Positions 54,517 to 64,000 of a stretch of 64,000 nt of DNA are shown here, in pieces. Location: NCBI GenBank assembly GCA_021432655.1, contig MU271180.1, positions 19,445-83,444 of the forward strand, in the 5' to 3' direction. Origin of the DNA: Atractiella rhizophila. Its lineage: Eukaryota. Each line of letters starts with the position of its first letter. Within the stretch, counting starts at the first letter, position 1. The translations under genes were made by a program, and so were the position numbers. The notes beneath the pieces were generated by a model. That model worked only from the letters and a program-made list of their open reading frames with translations, was not told where the DNA came from and did no database searches.

Positions 54517-55030
54517 CAGGACGACGAAATCTCGCGAGGAAAAGGGTAACGAAAGGGAGGAAGTTTAGTCGTCCGACGAAGAGGAGAGGTGTGTGTTAGA
54601 GGGTATCGGGGAAAGTGTAATTAAGTCGAACGTATAGCTACGTGGTCCACGGTATCAAGAAGAGAGGTTCCCCCCACTAGTTTTAAAATGAAAGAAATCT
54701 GTACCGCTATTTAAGCTCAAACCTAGCTAGCTTTACCCCCCTATCCCGGTATCCTCCCAGAGCTAATACTAGGGTTTCAGAACTTAGATAATCTGTTTCC
54801 TACCGACTCACCAGTTTTTAAAAGTTGGTTCACCCGCCGTTTTAACTTTTAACGTTAAGGTTGACTAGACAGCTAGGGATCGGTGACGAGAGCGATGGTA
54901 CTCTCCTTATCTACGACCTACCTCGATCCCCTGTCCTCAACCACCAGTTTCTACTATCCTAACTACTCCTTTGTGTATGGATCCCCTGTCCTCAACCACC
55001 AGTTTCTACTACTGGTGGTTATGACGGGGG
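54517..55030. mobile_element. Copia element B1 fragment (partial LTR, PBS, gag start at 54703) interrupted by B2, mirrored
   Basis: Reverse reading repeats the B-type LTR end, TGGTAGCGAGAGC and MSKESKILITP..NYGTWCIDMQ. Confidence 0.85.
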
Positions 55031-56223
55031 ATCCCTCTGCTGGAAGAAGAGAACCTTGTTGTGCTTGATGGAGACCCTCATTCCCTTGTAGATGGTAAGC
55101 TTGAAGACTGATAGAAGGTTGTTGTAGAGCTTGGGGACATGTAGGACATCTGAGATGGTGATGGTGATGGTCTTCTTCTCCCCCAACTTGGCTTCAAAGA
55201 TCAAGCTCCCAATCCCAGCACTCCAAATCACTTCTCCACTTGCTACCCTGATAGGGATAACCTTCTTCTGATAGGTTTTGAACCAATGGCGATGGGGAGA
55301 CATGTGGGAAGTTGCACCAGTGTCTGCTATCCACTCAAGGCTTGCTTGAGGCATAGTGACATCATTTGCTGCAGCAGGACTGTTCAGCCCAGCAAATTCC
55401 AACCCATTAAGAGCCATTTCCATCCCAAACATCCTCCTAGACCCTGTGGTTGAGTCCTAAGATCCCCTGATGTGATGCAGAAAGGGTGATAGGGGCTGAT
55501 GTGATGATGATGTGATGGTGGCAAATTTCGAAATTTTGACTCTTCTGACCAAGGTGATCTGTTGTAGGATAGTAGAATAGCCTATTGTGAATCCAATGGC
55601 GATAAAATCGTCCAGATCAGACCAGATCTGACTTCAAAAAGTCGAAAAATGCGTTTTGGGTGTATGAAGGAGGTGATGGAGTGGCTATCTCGAAATTTTC
55701 GCTTATTGTGACCAAGATGGTTCCTAGTAAAGTTGTAGCGCAGTGTTTCACGATCAAAATAAGCCCTATAACGTCCAAATTCGTCAAAGTTTGAGTCCAG
55801 GTGGCAAAGTGCGTTTTGAGGCAGGTGATGGGTGGTAAGGTGATAGATTTCGATTTTTCTTGATTCCTGAGTAGGCAGAAACCTTCTAAGGTGGTAAAGG
55901 AATGTTTGAGGATCACAAATCTGTTCTGATCATCAAAATTGAGCGAAATTTGAGTGTGGGAGGGTGAAAATTGTGGGAGGGGGAAGGTGATAGGTGTGAC
56001 CAAATGTAATCCTAGCCACCAGCTCTCGCTACCATGTAAGGATCTAAGGCTAGGAGTAGTTGGTGGTCAATAATTGAGGCATTGATGAAGTATAGAGAGA
56101 CATACCTAGGAGTAGTTGGTGATCAACAATGAGCACCAACACTCCTAGGCAAAACTAAACTACATAGTGATGACTCATATGAGTCATACGAGGCAGATGA
56201 CCAACACAACACTACAAGTAACA
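55031..56223 (-). mobile_element. Copia element A, 5' part: LTR 56035-56223, PBS 56022-56034, protease; gag apparently deleted
   Basis: TGTTAC...CCTTACA followed by TGGTAGCGAGAGC; WIADTGATSHM, DVLHVPKLYNNLLSV. Confidence 0.9.
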
Positions 56224-58470
56224 GCCTCCTCATGCTATCCCAGCCCCTGCCGCTCCTCCACCAATCGAAAGACGCTGTCCTGAACGACAGAGGAGACCAC
56301 CAGTCGAGTTCTGGAAGGCAGCTGGCCCAACCCCAGGAGGAGAGCTCTGAGGACGAGTTGGCAATTCTGGCTAAGGATTGTTGGATTATTAGAGCCTGAA
56401 GCGTTGGAGTGTGGTTTTATGGAGGTTACTGAGCATGCCATGGCTGTAGGAGCGCAGGATCACATCCCCAAGACATATGCAGAAGCCATGAAGACTCCAG
56501 AGGCGAAACAATGGCACGAGGGGACAGTGAAGGAGGTTCAAGCGCACTTGGACAACAAGAGTTGGGTACTAGTAAAGCCACCAAAGGGAGCAAAGGTCAT
56601 TGGATCCAGATGGGTGTTTGCTATCAAGAAGAAGTCTGATGGCTCAATTGAGCGTTATAAGGCTAGATTCGTCATCAAGGGCTTCTCCCAACGTCCTGGA
56701 TTCGACTTCTTCGACACCTTTGCTTCCACAGTCAAATGGGCCACTCTCAGAACCATTCTTTCGCTTGCCTGTGTCCTGGACATGGAGCTGGAGTCAGTGG
56801 ACATCTCAACCGCTTTCTTGAATGGAGAAATGGATGCTGAAGTCTATGCCAAGCAGCCAGAAGGTCACCCTCAAGGTCCCCCAGAATACGCTCTCAAACT
56901 CCTCAAAGCAATCTATGGCACCAGGCAAGGAGGACGTCAATGGCAGAAGAAACTGGACAGGGAGCTCGTGTCCATGGGCTTCACCAAGGTCAAGTGTGAC
57001 AGCAGTCTCTGGATCTACTCGAATGGTGAAGTCAAAGTGATTGTCCCAGTCTTTGTGGACGATATAATGATGCTAGCACGTCCAGAAGCGCTGTGGAGGA
57101 GTTCAAGAAGGAGTTAGGGAAGAGATTCAAGCTGAGGACCTTGGAGCCACGGAATTTTTGCTTGGCGTGAGGATTAGGCGGGATAGGAAGCAGAAGAAGA
57201 TGTGGTTGGATCAGGAGCAATACGTTAAGGACCTTCTCTCTCGACAGAAGATGGATAGCTGCAAGCCTGTGCTCACTCCCCTCAGTGTTGGCCACAGTTT
57301 ATCGAAGCAAGACAAGACTGTCCTCAGACCAAGGAAGATGAAGCGAACCATTCCCTACAGCCATGTCGTCGGCTCTCTCATGTACCTTGCAGTTGCTACA
57401 CGCCCTGACATCGCCCACACTGTCTCTGTCCTCGGAAAATTCCTGTCCAATCCTGGCAAGAGGCACTGGGAAGCTGCCAAACACCTCATGCGCTATCTCA
57501 AGGGCACTCAGGACATGTGCATCGAGTACTCTGCCTCACATTTCGATACCTCTCAACCATTCAAGGCATATTGTGATGCAGACTTTGCGGGTTGCAAGGA
57601 TACTGGCCGGTCCACTGGAGGATACCTCTTAACTGTCAGAGGAGGAGCAGTTAGTTGGAGTAGCAAGTTGCAGTCTCTGGTGGCACTCTCAACCACGGAG
57701 GCAGAGTACATCTCAGGGGTAGGTGATTTGGCTCAGAAGTCTTCTGCAAGAGATTGGCTTCGCTCCAAAAGGTTTGACAACACTTTACACGGACAGCAAC
57801 AGCGCCTTGCAAGTCAGCAAGAATCTTGAGCCCCATGGACGCATGAAGCACTTGGATCTTCGCTTCTACTGGCTCAGGGACACAGTAGAATCTGGACTCA
57901 TCACCCCAGTCTTCTGCCCTGGCGAGTCTATGCCTGCAGACCTCCTCACCAAAGCCTTACCGGTTGCTGGCGTTACAAAATTCCGAGAAATGATGGGTCT
58001 GCGCCCCTACCCAAGTGTATGAGGCAGTTATGGGGCGCAATAAAACTCTGTCCTCCTTCTGGGGGTTATAAGACGCCGCTTTAAGCGGTACGAGGATCTC
58101 TCTACTGGTTTTAGACATTTAACTAATACGTTTTCTTTGTGTGATGTCACTTCATGATGCCTTCATTCGGTGGGAGCTTCATTGGATGGCTATTCTGGAT
58201 GGTTCTTGGATTTGGTGGGAGCTTCAAGAGGCGGCTGCCCAGGTGGGAGTGTTGGATTAGGTGTTATATTTCATGGTGTTATGTTTGTGTGGTCAGCCAC
58301 CTCTGTTTTGTTTGCTTCATTTCGGAGTTTTAGCCCCCTAGGGGCAGTTTAGGCGGTCATCATCTTTGACCACCAATCCCTGTCCCCTAGGTATGTGTTT
58401 CCCTATCAATGTCATCATCTTTGACCACCAATCCCTGTCCCCTAGCTCCATCCAGCATCAGATTCACTCA
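56224..58470 (+). mobile_element. Copia element B, 3' part: RT-RNase H (frameshifted), PPT, 3' LTR 58250-58470
   Basis: PKTYAEAM, SRWVFAIK..ERYKARFV, DISTAFLNG, VFVDDI, TRPDIA, YCDADFAG, ALSTTEAEY, MKHLDLRFYWLR, ADLLTKAL. Confidence 0.95.
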
Positions 58471-59820
58471 TTTAACACGTTGTAAAATTGGATAAAGAAA
58501 GGAATTCTGGTCCCAAGGTTTGTTCGGTCCTGGAATAATTGCGATAGGAATAACATATTGTTGTTTGTAGCGGATCTCTGGTGGAAGGTTGTAGTTGATC
58601 ATGACGATAAATATTGCATCTGAAGGTTTTTTGTTATTGAACACCTGAGCACCATCGAGTGAGAAGGCGAGCAGTGTGTCAGAAGGGAGAATCTTTTTCT
58701 CGTGTACCAGCTTCAAGTAATCTGAACCACAATAAATATCGTCAAACTCGTCTGGAACCATTCCTGGTAATGGATATTTCATAAGCAGAGCTTTTGTCCG
58801 TCTCGCCCGATGCTTCGAAGCAGAAGATCCTTGAGGAGTTGCCCAACGTGCCTGAAGAGGACTCTCAAAAGGAACAAGGAAGAACTGTTGCTGGGAAACA
58901 TCCTTAGTTCGTCCACTTCGCATGGTCTTTTGTCGATAGCGAGGAAGATGGCATTTAGGGCACTCTTGAGGATCAGATCGACTACCGGTATAAGCAATGC
59001 AGGTGTTTGGACACATATTGAAAGCTTCGCGAATGATACGGCTTTGATTCCTGACAAGGCGCTTGATTTGGTCAAGAGAGAGGGTAGGAGTTTGAAATTG
59101 ATCCTCTATCCAGAGACGCAGATCGTCATAAAGGCATCCAGCAGCACGACCATGGCACATCATGAAAAGCTCGAGGGATATGATTTGTTCACGAGATAAA
59201 GGTGTATATCCGTACTTTTCTTCGTCTTTAACGTCGTGAACTCAACACTCAGCTTCCTGAACCACTTTCTGCTCGTGCAAAAGGCGTACAAGCTGCTCGT
59301 CACTCAGCAAGAGGCTAGAAACCATATCATCCACTGTTCCGGAATAATCAGCAAACTTCAAGATTTTATTCAGTTGATCGGCCCACGCTCATCCATCTCT
59401 CCAACTCCTGCCAGCCCAGTTTCCTCCTCTCCATCTGAAGAGTCGTCCTCTTCTAGATCTGTTGAGTCTTTTTCCGATAAGTCGTCCTTAGGTTCTTCCT
59501 CTCCTTCATTTCCAACAGTTGGTCGTGCAAAGCCATCACGCACAAGGCTTCGCAATTCAACCCGCTCCACCTCAGCAAGAATGACCTCAATAGGGTCCTG
59601 TTCACCTTCGGGAGCTGTAGTGGGAGCATCAGTGGAATGAACAGCCTAACAGAGGATTTAGGCAAAGGTATCTTTCAGTCAAATCCTTACGCTGGTTCCT
59701 CTATTGAACGTGCGTGCATAGGAATCTTGCTCCTCCTCACCTTCGCTGTTACTCGCCATCTCTCCTTCCTCCTCCTCCTCATATCCATCAATCCCACCAA
59801 GATCTGCCTCACGATATCAT
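58471..59820 (-). mobile_element. CACTA/EnSpm transposase copy 2, N-terminal part, cut by the Copia B LTR
   Basis: Near-identical to 46627-47181 plus the un-mirrored block 1; ORF ends exactly at the LTR boundary. Confidence 0.9.
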
Positions 59821-60138
59821 GAGCAAGTTCACTTTGTATCCATTCCACAACTCCTCTCACTGCCTCAAGTCATATCATGGACAGTGCAGAAGATGCACTA
59901 GATTGGGCGTGCAACTGTGGCAGATACTGTGGGGGGGAGTGGCGAAGAGTAGCGAAGAGGACATTTGATCGGCATGCACTTCATTTTTTTTCAACTCAAC
60001 AATCTCCTTCATTCTGACATATACCTCTAAAGCTGAGAAGTACATGTCTGCTACTAAACGCTCAGATACTATATCCCTTTCAGATGATGAAGAAGAAATA
60101 TGGAGTGATAAAAATGGCTTGGATGATTTAGGGGAAGG

Positions 60139-62560
60139 CATGGTATCTTATCACATTCCCTTCGTATCATGAATTAATTGGTAGAATGTACAGGTTATGA
60201 CCCATATGAACATCTCAACGTCCTAACGCCAACACAATCTTCCCTGGCAGCCATTACGCCCCACAGCCATCTACCAGACTCTGCCATCGTGCCACCCTCC
60301 ATCAATACAACAGTCTTACGTGTTCAGACACCATTAAGCCACTTATCTCATTCTGAGATAACGTCGGTCGGAAATGCGGACAAGCATACCTTGGGAATAT
60401 CTGGAAATGTGGTATATCAACGTTTAGTCAAGGAGGTGGAACGGTTGAGAGGACTTAATGAATCTCTACAGTACGTGTCAACAAATCTTTTCTTTCGTTT
60501 AATCTATGGGGCATAACTATGGGCTGAAGGATGGCTATCTGTAACCTAACCTCCAATACTTCTCTTACACCTCCACTTTCCTCCACTACATCGCTCCAGA
60601 TGCCCAAACTAAATAACTTCGACATTCCACAACAGTATCGTGACTTCCAACTGCCTCCGCCTGCCCGAGAAAAGCCTGCTCATATTCCCTACTTCACTTT
60701 TGACAATTTCAAGAAATGGTGGACACTGTTCCCAAAGCTACCTCCTGGAGAGAAGGAAAAGTGCAAGTATGAATGGCTCAAGACTAAGAGCGGTGCACAG
60801 GTCACCACGGAGCGAATAGCTGATCTGAAGTGGGAAGCGAGGGAGATTCTTGAGGAAATGTATAACACTCCGCTATTCTGCCAGAAGACATGGTCTAAGA
60901 TCCCTCACGTACATCGGATTCATGGAATCGCAGTACTCGAGTGCAAGTTTCCTGAGCTTACACAGTGTCAAGGACATGCCATGGCGGACCACATCTTTTG
61001 TGAACTGAAGCATCGGCAGCTCGAGAACCTCAACGCGGTGGATAGGCAGGCAGCGAAGCGGGTTAAGGCAGAAGAGCAGGTGGAAAGCGTGACACAGGGG
61101 CACGATGGCTGCTTTCGAGAAGACACAACTGTGCCTGGAAGAAAGGAAGTGGAGAAGAAGAAGGTAGCGAAGTTGAAAGTCAAAGAGAATAAAGGAAGAA
61201 ATGTTGAAGTCTTTCCTCAATTGTGTGTCTTCTCTGTGAAACTCTTCCAATTGTCTGACAAAGTATGTAGAAGAACTACTTCCGAGGACATTCTAGGTCC
61301 TACCTTACGGAGTGCTGTCAGGTCCTCAGTCCAACCTCAAAATGAGCTTGCAAAGAAATCTGAAACCAGTAAGGTTTCCACCATCCACTTGACCGCTGTT
61401 CAAGGTATCATCAGCTATTCTGTCTTGCAATTTAAACGATAATCCCGCATCCCCCATGACCTCCATTGCCAGTAGCTACAGGTTACAGAATCCTACTGTC
61501 CCCGATGCTAATGGTTTGTCTACTTCTCCTCGATCGCAAGCTCACAGCGACAGCTAAAGTACCTTTGCTTTGAATAGGCTCGTCATGCCTAAGTCGGATT
61601 CAGTCAGGACCGACAGGTGGCATTTCTGCTGAAGGTGTCAAGGGGATGTTGAAATCAGTTTGTCTTTTCCCCTAGCTCAACCAAAGGATGTTCTCGAAAG
61701 GTGTTAACGGATAGCTGGTCTGTCAGTGTGTGGAATGTCGAGTTGGAGATTCCTGCTCCTGGTAGGACTTTGCATGCCATTTGACTAAGTCAATGTACGC
61801 TAACTCATGATGCACAGGCAATCCAGTTCCATCTTCTGCAGTGCCATTCACCCAGAAAACTGTGCTACTGGCGCGGTCATTTGGCAATGCCATGGCAGTC
61901 AACAACGTCATTGCAGCTTCCGCTTCTCTACATGCCAAGGTTCATTATTTCTTTGATTAACATGTGGATAACAGGCATGTGTAATGTAGGCAAATATGGG
62001 AGGAGCTGCCGTCTGTGCACCACCATCACTCAAGTGGATTCAAGGAGGGCGGTCAGATCCAGTTTCGTCTCAAGGCACATGAGGCTAACAGACCGCATTG
62101 TTCAGTGAGATGTATCGGCGGTCTCGAATCGAACAATGGGAAAAGGAACGTGCCGATGGCAGCAACATCTTGGAACCGAACTGGAAAGAGGAGTACAAGC
62201 GACTTTCTCAATCTGAAAAGCAGGTGAGGTATTGTTACTATCCCACAAACCTATTCGCTTACCAGTAACCGTTTCAGATGTGGAACAAACGATACAAAGA
62301 CCTCAACGTATCACTTCATGATCATAGCACGACTCCTGTCATTGCCCCCTCGACGACGGAGGGACAGTTATAATATGCTGCAAGACAGACTTGTATGGAA
62401 AAGCGTAGAAGAGTTGGGAAGATGGGTTTCAGAGGTACCTGCAGGGGATCTGATGACGGAGGAGGTGCGCACAGCCAGGAAAGAGGGGGGAGAGGGTGCA
62501 GGATAATACAGGGAAATGCAGCTATCCACAATCTATACATTTGATTTAATTCTATTATAC
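60139..62560 (+). CDS. Probable CACTA accessory gene divergent from the transposase, partly degraded
   Basis: Exon-like ORFs 60178-60516 and 60531-61442; later segment WKEEYKRLSQSEKQ-WNKRYK resembles an HMG-box helix; internal stops. Confidence 0.4.
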
Positions 62561-62717
62561 ATTCTCAATATGTTTTCTGCTTCGCGAGAATCCAGGAAAT
62601 AATCAGCAACCCAGGCCATAATTTTCAGTGTTTCCTGCATATTCCAGCAGGACGGAAATTGTTGTAAAAAGGTCGGGAAATGTCGACAAACGACAGAAAG
62701 GACTTTTGACAGGGCAC

Positions 62718-62922
62718 CAGCTCTCGCTACCTTGTAAGGATCTAAGGCTAGGAGTTGTTGGTGGTCAATAATGAGCAATTAGAGAAGTATAGAGAGACAT
62801 ACCTAGGAGTAGTCGGTGGTCAATAATGAGCACCAACACTCCTAGGCAGAACTAAACTACATAGTGATGACTCATAAGAGTCATAAGAGGCAGATGACCA
62901 AAACAACACACTACAACTAACA
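62718..62922 (-). mobile_element. Copia A-type LTR (62733-62922) with PBS remnant
   Basis: Homologous to 56019-56223. Confidence 0.92.
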
Positions 62923-62929
62923 TTATTGG

Positions 62930-63213
62930 GTGGTTATTTTGGATGGTTCTTGGATTTGGTGGGAGCTTCAAGAGGCAGCTGCCCAGGTGGGAGTGTTGGA
63001 TTAGGTGTTATATTTCATGGTGTTGTATTTGTGTGGTCAGCCACCTTTGCCATGTTTGCTCACTTCATAGTTTTTCTCCCTAGGGGGCAGTCTTGGTGGT
63101 TATCATCTTTGACCACCAACTCCTGTCCTCTAGGTATATGTTTCCTCATCAATCCTATCATCTTTGACCACCAATCTCTGTCCCCTAGCTCCATCCAGCA
63201 TCAGATTCTCTCA
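62930..63213 (+). mobile_element. Copia B-type 3' UTR, PPT and LTR (62994-63213)
   Basis: Homologous to 58190-58470; TG...CA ends. Confidence 0.92.
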
Positions 63214-64000
63214 CTTTTGTTGTAACCTTGACTAATTTCTATGTTTCCCCTGCAACAGCTTCTGCCTCTTTCTTTATATGTCCCCCTTTCAGTTTGTTAT
63301 GTTTGACACATTTCCTCTCATCCTAGTGGTGTATGTGCTCCCTCCCTTGCCTTGCTGCTTATTCTCACTAATTGTTACATAGTGTGTTGCTTGGCAGTTT
63401 CCGTGTCCTTGTCATGTCTTCTGCTCTTGCCACCTACCGTTACCATCACAAGGCAGCCACGGCAACAGCTGTGCTCACTGTCTTGTTCGTGCTAAGCGAA
63501 TCGCCTCCATCCTCGCACCACATCACATCAACCGCCTGGGCCAAAACACATGGACGAATCTGTCAAGGTCATATCCATCATGGTATGGGCTTGGGTTGAA
63601 ATGCTTCTGGTCATAGATGGATAAGGCTGCAGCACTTCATTTGGATAAAATTTGATTATGTAGCATTTGACCCACAATTCAAAAGATAATGGATGATGAA
63701 ATATTTCAAGTTAGGCTTGGAGACAACCATTGTATAAGGGATGGCTATGATTGCAGGATGATGCTGAAAAAGGGGGTGGTCTAGCTAGGTGAGTATTCTT
63801 CCATTGATGATGGCATCCATGCTCCTCTCCTATGTTCAACTGTTGCTGTAAAGCAGATACTTCTGGCCTTAAGGAATCGTACTCTGCTCCTAATGATGGT
63901 CACAGTCATAACCTTCGAAGATAGTAGTAAGCTTACAAACTGATAGCAGATCGATACAGAGCTTGGGAACGTGTAGGACATTGTGAATGGTGACATTCTT

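Larger units (their letters stand above)
48002..55030. other. Mirrored block 2 (reversed, not complemented), about 7.0 kb; right edge +/-5 bp
   Basis: Base-by-base complement read left to right encodes Copia pol and continues the protease ORF 55031-55432 (VLFFQQRD|GQKLCLTATV). Confidence 0.95.

Noticed and set aside
47182..55030. Idea that the mirror DNA is a real biological 3'-to-5' copying system
   Set aside because: Both blocks end exactly at an assembly gap and each rejoins its flank seamlessly when flipped, which points to software rather than enzymology. It should be reconsidered only if raw reads support the written sequence.
47216..55068. ORF-track entries inside the mirrored blocks
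   Set aside because: They are chance frames of sequence written with the wrong polarity; the real coding information appears only after reversal.

Overview
Intron-rich fungal genomic DNA (basidiomycete-like genes and splice signals). 1-37.1 kb is a gene-dense housekeeping block: two paralogous membrane proteins, an AIF/AMID-like oxidoreductase, TCD (ThiF family), a secreted protein, MMS2 x2, an amidohydrolase, MDM10, a DUF1295-type protein, an F-box protein, TGS1, an N-terminally incomplete DOM34, IDH1, an ERj5-like DnaJ and mitochondrial uL30. Several young local duplications occur in this block. A Cys/His-rich metallothionein-like ORF lies at 38.2 kb. 41.9-64 kb is a transposon nest (two CACTA/EnSpm transposase copies, nested Ty1/Copia elements). 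The most striking signal is that 47182-47976 and 48002-55030, either side of a 25-N gap, are written mirror-image (reversed but not complemented), so the ORF track misses them. Un-mirrored, they join both flanks in frame and reveal a CACTA N-terminus, three nested Copia elements and a complete 345-bp TRIM-like element. The mirroring is most probably a gap-filling artefact, not biology. Exon boundaries of intron-containing genes are approximate, and all family assignments are by eye without database searches.
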